From Patescibacteria group bacterium (GTDB lineage: Bacteria > Patescibacteriota > Patescibacteriia > XYB2-FULL-38-15), in contig JBGSRW010000008.1 in the NCBI GenBank assembly GCA_041737355.1, forward strand, positions 191,061-255,060: 64,000 nucleotides of DNA. Direction: 5' to 3'. Made by a program: the position numbers and the translations under genes. The notes beneath the pieces are model-generated. The model was not told the DNA's origin and did not search any database. It worked only from the letters and a program-made list of their open reading frames with translations. This document shows positions 27,607 to 36,671 of the stretch, piece after piece (positions within the stretch are counted from its first letter, which is position 1; each line of letters starts with the position of its first letter).

Positions 27607-28425
27607 TTAAATCGCTCCGCGGATATCTTTTATTTGGTCCCAGGAAAAAACCGGACCGTCCTGGCAGACAAAGAAACTTCCGACCGCGCAATGGTTGCAA
27701 ACCCCGACCCCGCAGTGCATCCGCCGTTCGAGTGACATAAAAATATCTTCGTCTTTGAACCCTGCTTTATTTAATTTTTCCAGAACAAATTTATACATAA
27801 CCGGCGGGCCGCAGAGAAACGCGACTGGGTTTTCGGCAAGCGGCGCCTTGTCAAATAAAACCGTAACCAAACCCTGAATTATTGGACAAGATAATTTAAA
27901 TTTATCCGTCGGCTTATCAAGACACAAATGAAAATCAACATCATTTTTCATCCATGAATCGTATTCTTTCCGGAAAAGCAGGTCGTCTTCGGTTTTTGCC
28001 CCGTAAAAAATCTGGACTTTTTTATATTGTTTCCTGTTTTTTACGATTTCAAAAATCGCCGTCCGGACCGTTTCAAGGCCAAGTCCGCCAACAACGATTA
28101 AGAGATTCCTCTTCTTCGCCAGTTCCGCGGGAAACGGCCGGCCGTACGGCCCGCGGACGCCGACTCTGTCCCCCGCCTTGAGGGAATGCATTGCCGCGGT
28201 TACCGTTCCGACATTTCTCGCGCAAACCTGAAATTTATTTTTTTCTGACGCGTCGGAGCAAAGGCAAAAGGGCGCCTCGCCAAATCCCGGCAAAGATATT
28301 TCCACGAACTGACCCGACTGGTATTTGAAATTTTTTGGCGCTTCAAGGGTAAACAATTTTGAATTTGAACCCTCGTCCTCGATTTTCAAAATCCTTACCG
28401 TTTGCGGCGCGTATTGATTTTTCAT
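27607..28425 (-). CDS. hydG: Hydrogenase gamma subunit (FAD/NAD(P)H-binding, [2Fe-2S]; PyrK-like)
   Basis: 272 aa. Ferredoxin-reductase-like FAD/NAD domains. C-terminal CGVGVCNHCAVG [2Fe-2S] motif. Confidence 0.8.
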   Translation of the reverse strand: MKNQYAPQTVRILKIEDEGSNSKLFTLEAPKNFKYQSGQFVEISLPGFGEAPFCLCSDASEKNKFQVCARNVGTVTAAMHSLKAGDRVGVRGPYGRPFPAELAKKRNLLIVVGGLGLETVRTAIFEIVKNRKQYKKVQIFYGAKTEDDLLFRKEYDSWMKNDVDFHLCLDKPTDKFKLSCPIIQGLVTVLFDKAPLAENPVAFLCGPPVMYKFVLEKLNKAGFKDEDIFMSLERRMHCGVGVCNHCAVGSFFVCQDGPVFSWDQIKDIRGAI

Positions 28426-29387
28426 AATTTTGCCAGAACTTTAAAAATATTTATTCCCACCGGACAAACCTTGGCGCAGCGGCCGCAGCCGACGCAGCCC
28501 ATAATTTGCAATTGGTCGGGAATTCGGACGAATTTATGGTAATACCAGAAATGGATCCGGTCGGCGGTAGTTTTTAAAAACTTTTGCCCGCCCCCCACTT
28601 CGGAAAAATCATTGTAAAAACAGGCTCCCCAGCTCCGCTTTCTGACTCCGCCATCGTCTGTCAGATTTGGCTGATCTTTAACATCAAAACAAAAACAGGT
28701 CGGACAAACCATGGTACATTTTCCGCACTCAATACAACGCGCCCCGAGATCGTCTTCCCAAATTTCTTTTTTATAAATCTTTTTCAGGGCGTCGCGGTAT
28801 TTTATCATTTGCGGATCCTTTCCTTCTTCTCTTATCGGCCCGGAAAATTGGATATGCTCGTAATCCTTGTAACCGAATTCATCAAGAATCTTTTGCCCAT
28901 CCTCCGAACCGGTATAAACAAAATAATTTTTCCCTTGGACTTCAAGGAAAATATCAAACTGCAGATGTTCTAAAATATCTTCCTCGTATTTAATATGAAA
29001 AAGATTATGCTCGGCCTCGGCAGGAATCAAACTCTGCCCGACAATCAAAGTATTTTTCATCCGCTCCTGATACCAGAGATCTTTTTCGAAAATATGGTTG
29101 AACAAAACTATTGCTTTGAGATCAATCGGATTTATCCCAAAAATTACCTGCTTCCTCGCTTTCTTCACTTCGATCATCCTGTCTTTTTTGTATTCAAAAA
29201 TAACTTCTTCCGGCGGCAGCAAAAACCGTTTGAAAGAATGAAGCGGCGGTTCTTTAACGAGCTTCACTTTTGAGGCGTCTTCAACTTTGGCGTAAGCCAC
29301 TTCGTCTTTTTGTTTTTCCGGTGCGAAAACATCATATCTCCGCTTCATCAAAAAACTAATAAATTTTTGCAGTTGTCCGTGGGTCAT
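28422..29387 (-). CDS. hydB: Hydrogenase beta subunit (4Fe-4S ferredoxin-type)
   Basis: 321 aa. CIECGKCTMVCPTCFCFD and CVGCGRCAKVCPVG iron-sulfur motifs. Overlaps hydG by 4 nt. Confidence 0.8.
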   Translation of the reverse strand: MTHGQLQKFISFLMKRRYDVFAPEKQKDEVAYAKVEDASKVKLVKEPPLHSFKRFLLPPEEVIFEYKKDRMIEVKKARKQVIFGINPIDLKAIVLFNHIFEKDLWYQERMKNTLIVGQSLIPAEAEHNLFHIKYEEDILEHLQFDIFLEVQGKNYFVYTGSEDGQKILDEFGYKDYEHIQFSGPIREEGKDPQMIKYRDALKKIYKKEIWEDDLGARCIECGKCTMVCPTCFCFDVKDQPNLTDDGGVRKRSWGACFYNDFSEVGGGQKFLKTTADRIHFWYYHKFVRIPDQLQIMGCVGCGRCAKVCPVGINIFKVLAKL

Positions 29388-29459
29388 ATTAAGAGATTAT
29401 AACATAAAAAATAAAACAAAAACAGGCAGCCTTCCGCCGTCTGTTTTTATAGTTTATTC

Positions 29460-30473
29460 TTATTTTATTTTTTTGCCGACCATCTCCGTGAACTCAACCA
29501 GTCTCGTACTGTATCCCCACTCGTTATCGTACCAGGCGATTACTTTTATCAAATTTCCCCCGACTGCCATGGTGAGCTCTGCGTCAACTACCGAGGAGAG
29601 AGGCGATTTTCTGTAATCGACCGAAACGAGCGGTTCGTCGCTTACGCCCAAAATACCTTTCAATTCTTTTCCCGCCGCGGCGCGCAAAGTATTGTTAACC
29701 TGGTCAACCGTCGCGTCTTTTCCGATAACCAAAGAAAAATCTAGAAGTGAAACTGCCGGTGTCGGAACGCGGATTGATAAACCGTTCAATTTTCCCTTCA
29801 GGTCGGGAATAACTTTTTCCACGGCTTTGGTCGCCCCGGTTGTCGTCGGAATCATGGAGAGCGCGGCGGCGCGGGCCCGGCGCAAATCCTTATGCGGAAG
29901 ATCGAGTAGGCGCTGGTCGTTCGTATAGCTATGGCAGGTTGTCATCGTACCTTTCAGTATTTTAAATTTATCGTTCAGGACTTTGGCGATCGGGGCCATG
30001 GCGTTTGTCGTGCAGGAAGCCATGGAAATAACGAAATCCTTTCTCGGATCGTATTTTTCTTCGTTGCAGCCAATAACATAAGTCGGGATGTCTTCGCCCT
30101 TGCACGGCGCGGAAATAATAACTTTTTTGGCGCCGGCTTTGATGTGGGCCGAAGCGCCCTCAAAATCCGTGAAAACGCCGGTTGATTCTACTACTATATC
30201 AACTCCCAGTTTTTTCCAGGGAAGAACCGACGGATCTTTTTCCGCGAAAATTTTTATTTTTTTACCGTCAACTTCTATAAAATCCTTGCCGGCGGAAACT
30301 TTTCCCGAGTGAACCCCGTAAACCGAATCGTATTTGTACAAATGAGCCAGAGTCGCCGGATCGGTCAGATCGTTTACCGCTACGATTTCCAGCGCCGGAT
30401 AATCTTTGGCGATGGCAAAAAATTGGCGGCCGATCCGCCCGAAACCGTTAACCGCGACCTTGATTTTTGGCAT
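29460..30473 (-). CDS. gap: Glyceraldehyde-3-phosphate dehydrogenase, type I
   Basis: KVAVNGFGRIGRQF NAD-binding motif, SCTTNA catalytic Cys region. Start taken as MPKIKVAV (30473) with ggggaggaaat RBS. The track ORF extends to 30545. Confidence 0.9.
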   Translation of the reverse strand: MPKIKVAVNGFGRIGRQFFAIAKDYPALEIVAVNDLTDPATLAHLYKYDSVYGVHSGKVSAGKDFIEVDGKKIKIFAEKDPSVLPWKKLGVDIVVESTGVFTDFEGASAHIKAGAKKVIISAPCKGEDIPTYVIGCNEEKYDPRKDFVISMASCTTNAMAPIAKVLNDKFKILKGTMTTCHSYTNDQRLLDLPHKDLRRARAAALSMIPTTTGATKAVEKVIPDLKGKLNGLSIRVPTPAVSLLDFSLVIGKDATVDQVNNTLRAAAGKELKGILGVSDEPLVSVDYRKSPLSSVVDAELTMAVGGNLIKVIAWYDNEWGYSTRLVEFTEMVGKKIK

Positions 30474-30507
30474 ATTTCCTCCCCTTAAGTTAAATTTTAA
30501 AAAAAAA

Positions 30508-31299
30508 TTATTTTTTAATAGGGACCTCAATAACTGTCCCTTCATCTAATTTTACAACAACCGACTGTTTTAGGGTATGCCAGCCTATAACTTTTCCCCG
30601 GCCATGCTCGGTCCGGACAACCGTTCCGATGGGGGGTAATTTTTTTACCGCCTCCTCGTAATTTTTCTGTTCATAAGCCAGGCAGCACATCAGCCGGCCG
30701 CAAGCGCCGGTCAGCCGGTCGCTCCCGCGATGGGCAATCTGCTGAAGGTCGGCGAGATCGGAAGTAATGCTCCCCAAATCTTTTTTAAATTTCTGACAGC
30801 AAAGATTTCTTCCGCAAGACCCGATGTCTCCGGAAATTTTCGCCTCGTCGCGTATCCCGAGCTGCTGAAGGCGGATTGATTTTTGAAAAGTTTTGGTTAA
30901 ATCCTTAACCAGTTCCCTGAAATCAACCCGGCCGTCGGCGACAAAAGCGAAAGTAACACGTCCTCCGTCAAAAGAAAAATGGGCGTCGATCAGTTTGATC
31001 GGAAGATTATATTTTTTTATAATTTTTTTGCAAACCGAAATCGCTTCCTTTTTTTGGCTGTCCTTTTCCTTCAGTTTTACCAAGTCGGCGGTGTTCGCCT
31101 TTCTGAAGATCGGCTTTATCTCCAATTTGGCCTCGGCGAGTTCTTTCTCGTTCATTTCTTTCATTCCGACAACCCTTCCCATTTCTACCCCGAGATCGGT
31201 TTTAACGATAACAAAATCATCAACACCGACGACCGACTCCCCGGAATTAAAATCATAGATTCTCCCCCATGGCGTAAATTGGATTTCCGCGATCTTCAT
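30508..31299 (-). CDS. PSP1 C-terminal domain protein (RicT/YaaT-like)
   Basis: 263 aa. Cys-rich segment CGRNLCCQKF ... CGRLMCCLAYE typical of the PSP1 domain. Confidence 0.7.
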   Translation of the reverse strand: MKIAEIQFTPWGRIYDFNSGESVVGVDDFVIVKTDLGVEMGRVVGMKEMNEKELAEAKLEIKPIFRKANTADLVKLKEKDSQKKEAISVCKKIIKKYNLPIKLIDAHFSFDGGRVTFAFVADGRVDFRELVKDLTKTFQKSIRLQQLGIRDEAKISGDIGSCGRNLCCQKFKKDLGSITSDLADLQQIAHRGSDRLTGACGRLMCCLAYEQKNYEEAVKKLPPIGTVVRTEHGRGKVIGWHTLKQSVVVKLDEGTVIEVPIKK

Positions 31300-31306
31300 A
31301 ATGAAA

Positions 31307-31909
31307 TTAGCAAACCGCCGGGCTTTCTATCTGAAACCTGACCATTTTTTTTATTTCTATTTTCTCTCCGATCTTGGCAATTTTTTGGTTGATCATTTCT
31401 TCGATCGTAACATCCTCGTCCTTGACAAACGGCTGTTTCAGGAGACAAACCTCGGAATAATATTTGTCGAGTTTTCCGCTCAATATTTTTTCCAAAACGG
31501 CCGGCGGTTTGTCTTTGACCTCTTCCAGATACATCTCCTTTTCTTTCGCGACGATATCGGCGGGAATGTCTTCCGGTCTAATATAGAGCGGGCTTGTCGC
31601 CGCTACCTGCATGGCCAAGTCGTGTGCCAAACCTTGGAATTCCTCGTTCCGCGCAACAAAATCCGTCTCACAGCTTAATTCTATCATTGCTCCGACCTTC
31701 CCATTGGCGTGGATATAGGCATGGATCAATCCTTCCTTCGTTGTTCTCTCGGCCGACTTTTTAGCCGCTTTTATTTCACCTTTTTTTCTTAAAACTTCGA
31801 TTGCTTTTTCGAGATCTCCCCCTGCTTCATCCAGGGCATTTTTGCATTCAACGATGCCCGCGCCGGTTCGTTCACGCAATTGTGAAACGAGTTTTGGATC
31901 AGCGATCAT
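31307..31909 (-). CDS. tsf: Elongation factor Ts
   Basis: LRERTGAGIVECKNAL UBA-like N-terminus, IELSCETDFVARNEEF core. Short (200 aa) form. Confidence 0.85.
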   Translation of the reverse strand: MIADPKLVSQLRERTGAGIVECKNALDEAGGDLEKAIEVLRKKGEIKAAKKSAERTTKEGLIHAYIHANGKVGAMIELSCETDFVARNEEFQGLAHDLAMQVAATSPLYIRPEDIPADIVAKEKEMYLEEVKDKPPAVLEKILSGKLDKYYSEVCLLKQPFVKDEDVTIEEMINQKIAKIGEKIEIKKMVRFQIESPAVC

Positions 31910-31936
31910 AGTATTTTATTTTAGATAATTATTTAA

Positions 31937-32707
31937 TTACTTTCCCGCTTCTTTCTTTTCTTCCGGTTTCACGGCCGGCGCCGGATTTTGGGCGACGGGA
32001 GCCGCGTTTCTTTTTGTATCAAACTCGGCTTTTCCTTCTTTTACCGCGCCTGCCGCCAGACCGACCATCATTTCAATCGCTTTCACCGCGTCATCGTTAG
32101 AAGGAACGGGATAATCAACCTCTTCGGGATTGATATTCGTATCGCAAAGCGCGACGACCGGAATTTTTTTCTTCTTGGCTTCGGCTACGGCGGTTTTTTC
32201 CGCTTTCACGTCAATCACGAAAATCGCTTCCGGAAGTTTTTTTAATGTTTCCACGCCGCCGACCAACTCTTCCAGCTTGATGATTTCTTTTTGGAAACTT
32301 AACTGCTCTTTTTTGGTATACTTTCCAAGAGCGCCGGAGGCCTGTTTGGTTTTGAGATCGATCAGCCTGTCGATCACGCTTTTAATTGTTTTGAAGTTTG
32401 TAAAAGTTCCGCCGAGCCAGCGGGTTGTAACGTACGGCACGCCGGCGTCTTTGGCGTGACGCTTTACAATTTCCTTGGCCTGGTCTTTTGAACCGACAAA
32501 AAGAACAACTCCGCCCGAGGCTGTTGTCTTTTTAATAAACTCCAAGGCTTCTATAAGTTTTTTCGCCGTTTCCTCCAAATTGATGATGTGGATGTCGCTC
32601 CGCTCTCCGAAAATGAATGGCTTCATCTTCGGATGCCACTTCGAGGCCTTGTGCCCAAAATGAACACCGGCCTGGAGCATTTCCAGCATTGACGGAATTT
32701 CTTGCAT
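31937..32707 (-). CDS. rpsB: 30S ribosomal protein S2
   Basis: GVHFGHKASKWHPKMKPFIFGERSDIHIINL signature. Confidence 0.9.
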   Translation of the reverse strand: MQEIPSMLEMLQAGVHFGHKASKWHPKMKPFIFGERSDIHIINLEETAKKLIEALEFIKKTTASGGVVLFVGSKDQAKEIVKRHAKDAGVPYVTTRWLGGTFTNFKTIKSVIDRLIDLKTKQASGALGKYTKKEQLSFQKEIIKLEELVGGVETLKKLPEAIFVIDVKAEKTAVAEAKKKKIPVVALCDTNINPEEVDYPVPSNDDAVKAIEMMVGLAAGAVKEGKAEFDTKRNAAPVAQNPAPAVKPEEKKEAGK

Positions 32708-32937
32708 AATAGTTCCTTTTTTACCTCTGTTTCGCCAAAACTTGCGGGTCCGGCGAGCGCCGGATCAGGAGCAAGTTTTAAAGGCAAAACATGTGGGATA
32801 ACTAATTAATTAACGACTTTAAGCTATTTTTACACAAAACCGAAAAACGCGCAAGCTCACGCCTCCTCCTTGCCAAAGTTATACCCTTATGTTAAATTAA
32901 GACTAACATAAATAAACTGTCTATTAATTATCATTTT

Positions 32938-33195
32938 ATGAAAAAAGAAATCCATCCGGAATACCACCCCAAGGCGAAGGTAACCTGCGCCTGCGGAAAC
33001 TCTTTTGCCGTAGGCTCAACCATGAAAGAAATAAAGGTTGAGTTGTGCTCTGCCTGCCATCCTTTTTATACCGGCAAACAGAAGCTGGTTGATACCGCCC
33101 GCCGCGTTGAAAAGTTCAAAGAAAAAATGGACAAAAAGGCTGCTATTTCCGCGACAAAAAAAGTAAAGAAGCCGAGAGCAAAAAAAACCAAGTAA
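32938..33195 (+). CDS. rpmE: 50S ribosomal protein L31
   Basis: [23 protein letters not shown]...[12 protein letters not shown] zinc-ribbon L31 signature. Confidence 0.85.
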   Translation: MKKEIHPEYHPKAKVTCACGNSFAVGSTMKEIKVELCSACHPFYTGKQKLVDTARRVEKFKEKMDKKAAISATKKVKKPRAKKTK

Positions 33196-33261
33196 CTATT
33201 CAAAATTTCATAAAACATGGTAACGTTTATTGTTATCATGTTTTTATGTTAAAATATTGAT

Positions 33262-34302
33262 ATGATCCCCGAAATTGAAAAAACCGAAAAAAGATTTGCC
33301 GAACTCGAAACGGAACTTGCCCGCCCCGAGGTTGTTTCTAATCCGGAAAAATTAAAAATCGTTTCCCGGGAATACAGCGATTTAAAAGACATTATCTCAA
33401 AAATCAATAAATTACACTGTCTGGAAAAAGCCGAATCAGAAACGGAAATCATGGCCAAACAGGAATCGGATGAAATGGTTGCCATTGCCAGGGAAGAATT
33501 GGAAAAAATAAGAAAAGAAAAGTCGGCACTCGAAGCAAAAATAAAAGAAGAACTCACGCCGAAAGATCCTTTGGACAAAAGAAATATTATCGTGGAAATC
33601 CGGGCCGGGGCCGGCGGAGACGAAGCGGCTCTTTTTGCCGCCCAGCTTTTCCGAATGTATTCGCGTTTTGCCGAACGCCACGGATGGCAGACAAGATTGA
33701 TTTCTTCAAACCGCACCGACTTGGGAGGCTTTAAAGAAATCATTTTTTCCGTTATCGGAAAAAATGCCTGGGGAAATTTAAAATTTGAAAGCGGCGTGCA
33801 CCGCGTCCAACGCGTACCGGACACGGAAAAAAGCGGCCGGGTCCATACTTCAACCGCCTCCGTCGCCGTCTTGCCTGAAGCCGAAGAAATTGACATTAAA
33901 ATTGAACCGAAAGATTTGAGAATCGATACTTTTCTTTCCGGTGGCCACGGCGGGCAAAGCGTCCAGACAACCTATTCGGCCGTCAGAATTACCCATCTTC
34001 CCTCCGGTCTTGTTGTCGCCTGCCAGGACGAACGCTCGCAGCAGCAAAACCGGGAAAAAGCCATGCAGGTTTTGCGCTCACGTCTTTTTGTGATGGAACA
34101 GGAAAAACGCCAAGCAGCTGAAGTCGCCGCCCGTCGTTCTCAAATTGGTTCGGCAATGCGAGCGGAAAAAATCAGAACTTACAATTTTCCCCAGGACCGC
34201 GTCTCCGACCACCGCGTTAAGGAAAGCTGGCATAATATAAATAATGTTATGGACGGCGAACTGGACGGGATTATCGAAACGCTGAAAAAAGAATTGCAAT
34301 AA
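33262..34302 (+). CDS. prfA: Peptide chain release factor 1
   Basis: GGQ motif ([12 protein letters not shown]), RF1-type tripeptide region [25 protein letters not shown]. Confidence 0.85.
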   Translation: MIPEIEKTEKRFAELETELARPEVVSNPEKLKIVSREYSDLKDIISKINKLHCLEKAESETEIMAKQESDEMVAIAREELEKIRKEKSALEAKIKEELTPKDPLDKRNIIVEIRAGAGGDEAALFAAQLFRMYSRFAERHGWQTRLISSNRTDLGGFKEIIFSVIGKNAWGNLKFESGVHRVQRVPDTEKSGRVHTSTASVAVLPEAEEIDIKIEPKDLRIDTFLSGGHGGQSVQTTYSAVRITHLPSGLVVACQDERSQQQNREKAMQVLRSRLFVMEQEKRQAAEVAARRSQIGSAMRAEKIRTYNFPQDRVSDHRVKESWHNINNVMDGELDGIIETLKKELQ

Positions 34303-34395
34303 CAAATAAAATTAAAAAAGATTCTGTTTGACAGGGTCTTTTTTATTTTATACCCTAATGTGATGCCCAAAAGGGAGGAAAAAGGAGGAGGGTGA

Positions 34396-35364
34396 ATGGA
34401 ACAGGTTATCATATCGGGAAACGCCAACCGGCTACTGGCCGAAAAAGTGTGCGGAATTCTACACGCCAAGCTCGGCGAAGCCTGGGCAGGACGCTTTGCC
34501 GACGGAGAAGTTGATGTCGGCGTGCCCAACGTCCGCGGCAAGCATGTGGTCATCCTACAGCCGACTCCCCCGCCGGCGGAAAACTGGTTCGAAATATTCT
34601 TTATGGCCGACGCGGCCATCAGCGGTTCGGCTGAAGAAGTCACGGTCTTCATGCCCTATATGGGCTACGCCCGGCAGGATCGCAAGGACAAGCCGCACCG
34701 CCCGATTTCCGCCAGAGCCATGATTAGAATGCTTGCGGCAATGGGAGTCGACAGATTGATGACCATGGATCTCCACGCCGCCCAGATCCAGGGCTTCACT
34801 CTGCTTCCCTTTGATAATCTCTATCTCTCCTCCACTCTGCTCGAATTCCATCGGGATCTCCCCTGGAAAACCGGCGCGGTGATTGTCTCGCCCGATGCCG
34901 GCGGCGTCGGGCGGGTTAGGGCAATTGCCAAGATTCTTGGCTGCGAGATTGCCTTCATCGACAAACGCCGCGACGGACCGAACCAGTCCGAAGTGATGCA
35001 TGTCGTCGGCGAAGTCAAAGGCAAGATCGCCGTGATGTTGGACGACATGATCGACACAGCCGGCTCTCTCGTCAAGGGCGCCGAAGCGGTCATGGCCGAA
35101 GGCGCGACCGAGGTCCATGCCGTCGGTTCGCACGGCGTCCTCTCCCGGAACCAGAACCCCGAGAAGGATTCGATTGAACGGCTGAAGAAGTCGCCGCTCA
35201 AAACCCTCGTCATTTCCGATTCGCTTCTGATCCCGGAGGAAAAGCGATTCGACCGCATGCACATCGTTTCTTGCGCACCGCTCGCCGCCGAAATGATCCG
35301 GCGCGTTCACAACCGAGAACCGGTTAGCCCGCTCTTTGAGGAGGCCTTTCGCTGGGTAAAATAA
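34396..35364 (+). CDS. prs: Ribose-phosphate pyrophosphokinase (PRPP synthetase), GC-rich
   Basis: YARQDRK, DLHAAQIQGF, VSPDAGGVGRVRA, DDMIDTAGS motifs. Strong RBS aaaggaggagggtga. About 60% GC versus about 42% in adjacent prfA. Confidence 0.85.
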   Translation: MEQVIISGNANRLLAEKVCGILHAKLGEAWAGRFADGEVDVGVPNVRGKHVVILQPTPPPAENWFEIFFMADAAISGSAEEVTVFMPYMGYARQDRKDKPHRPISARAMIRMLAAMGVDRLMTMDLHAAQIQGFTLLPFDNLYLSSTLLEFHRDLPWKTGAVIVSPDAGGVGRVRAIAKILGCEIAFIDKRRDGPNQSEVMHVVGEVKGKIAVMLDDMIDTAGSLVKGAEAVMAEGATEVHAVGSHGVLSRNQNPEKDSIERLKKSPLKTLVISDSLLIPEEKRFDRMHIVSCAPLAAEMIRRVHNREPVSPLFEEAFRWVK

Positions 35365-35570
35365 CCCGGCAAAAATCAAATAGTCCGCCCGAATTTCCCC
35401 TAAAATTCGGGCTTTATTTATTATTAAGACTTGACAAACCCGCTTTTCTGTAATACCCTGAAAATATCATAAATGGTGGCCATCCCGCCAAAGAGGCGGG
35501 AAGGAAGGTGGCCCTAGACATCTGCCGATAGACGGCGGATTAAAAATAGGGAAGGTTGGAGGAGAGAGAA

Positions 35571-35831
35571 ATGTTTTTGGAGAGCCTCGGCATGGATCCG
35601 GAAACCGGTACGATCGGCGCTTCTTCGCTCGGTGCGATCCACGTCAAGAACCGGATTGACCCGGAAAAACCGCTCCGTCGCTGCCAGGAACCCGGTTGCG
35701 GTACGATTCTCCGCAGCGGCAACCCGGACAACTACTGCTCGCTGCACACCTGCTCCGAAAGGCGCGGCAAGAAGTACACCGACTCCGTCGCCCTCCGGCG
35801 CCGGAAGCGGATGCATCTCGTCCGCGTCTGA
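35571..35831 (+). CDS. Small Cys-containing (zinc-ribbon-like) hypothetical protein
   Basis: ATG at 35571 with RBS ggaggagagagaa. CQEPGCGTILRSGNPDNYCSLHTC Cys pattern. Basic C-terminus. Confidence 0.4.
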   Translation: MFLESLGMDPETGTIGASSLGAIHVKNRIDPEKPLRRCQEPGCGTILRSGNPDNYCSLHTCSERRGKKYTDSVALRRRKRMHLVRV

Positions 35832-35926
35832 CCCGCCAAAAACGTGAGAGCCGCGAGTTCGCTCGCCGGCCCTCCGTTCCCAATTCGCGACCAAGGGCTC
35901 CGTCTCCCCCCGGCCCGGCCGCGAAA

Positions 35927-35985
35927 CCCGCACAGTGTCTTGGACAAGAGTCCCACTCCTTCCAGACACTGTGCGGGTATTTTTT
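35927..35985 (+). terminator. Rho-independent terminator
   Basis: cccgcacagtgtct ... agacactgtgcggg long stem followed by TATTTTTT. Confidence 0.5.
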
Positions 35986-35988
35986 ATC

Positions 35989-36017
35989 TTGACAAATTAA
36001 ATTTTTTAAATTAAGGT
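35989..36017 (+). promoter_or_regulatory. Candidate promoter TTGACA-N17-TAAGGT
   Basis: TTGACA 35989-35994, 17-nt spacer, TAAGGT 36012-36017. Same architecture as 5860-5888. Confidence 0.35.
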
Positions 36018-36083
36018 GCGGATAGAAAGGACTTGCCAAAACAACCCCGCGAATCGCGGGCAAAAGGCAAGCGGGAGGAAGAC

Positions 36084-36584
36084 ATGGCAGACGACAAGAG
36101 GGAGAAGGCAAAGGTACTTCTGGCGGACCGCCTGCGAACCCTGCAGGCCGCCGAATTTCTGGACTTCGAGGACATCGTGCGCCACCTGCAAGGTGGCGAC
36201 AGCCTCGCCCGCACCATCGTGAATCTCGCCAAGGTTGTCGGCTTCGACAGCGTCTACGGCGATCTCTACGCCAGGGCGGTCTTCAAGGACAACGGGAAAG
36301 GAATCGTCCAGACCTGGAAGAAGGCTCTCCTGAACGAGGTCTCTCTGGTCGAGGAGCTGCTTCGCAACATCCCCAACGACGAAATCCCCCTCCTCTTCAA
36401 GTTCTGGCTCACGGAGACGCGTGAACGCGCCACCTGGGAACAGCTCGTCAACGCCACCCCTTACGCCATCCTCCGGGCCTGCGCCTCCGAGGGCGACAAG
36501 CGTGCCGACGAAGCTGCCGCTGATGCGGAAGTCGTCGACGAGGAGGTCATGGAGATCGGAGAACCCTCCGACGACGGGAAGTGA
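36084..36584 (+). CDS. Hypothetical acidic protein (GC-rich cassette C)
   Basis: ATG at 36084 with RBS gcgggaggaag. The track ORF begins at a TTG at 36033. About 166 aa, acidic C-terminal tail. Hairpin plus T-run follows at about 36606-36650. Confidence 0.45.
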   Translation: MADDKREKAKVLLADRLRTLQAAEFLDFEDIVRHLQGGDSLARTIVNLAKVVGFDSVYGDLYARAVFKDNGKGIVQTWKKALLNEVSLVEELLRNIPNDEIPLLFKFWLTETRERATWEQLVNATPYAILRACASEGDKRADEAAADAEVVDEEVMEIGEPSDDGK

Positions 36585-36671
36585 TCCGTCACGGCTATAC
36601 GAGCCGCCTCCGCCATCCGCGCAATGAGCCATTGCTCAAAGTGCGGATTTTTTTATGTTATAATTCCATTG

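Noticed and set aside
30474-30545. 24-aa N-terminal extension of gap overlapping the PSP1 gene
   Set aside because: The canonical GAPDH N-terminus (MPKIKVAVNGFGRIGR) with a strong RBS begins at 30473. The extension overlaps the upstream gene.
32708-32937. 230-nt non-coding gap between rpsB and rpmE checked for tRNA/ncRNA
   Set aside because: No tRNA-like features. Contains a plausible rpmE promoter (TTGCCA ... TTAAAT) only.
35514-36632. Multiple overlapping minus-strand ORFs (35514-35969, 35644-36111, 36006-36632) in cassette C
   Set aside because: Arg/Gly/Pro-rich shadow ORFs typical of GC-rich sequence. The + strand ORFs have RBS and terminators.
36624-36671. N-terminal extension of prmC from ATG 36624 (MSHCSKCGFFYVIIPL...)
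   Set aside because: The extension spans the hairpin/T-run terminator and TATAAT box. The internal Met at 36672 gives a canonical PrmC N-terminus.
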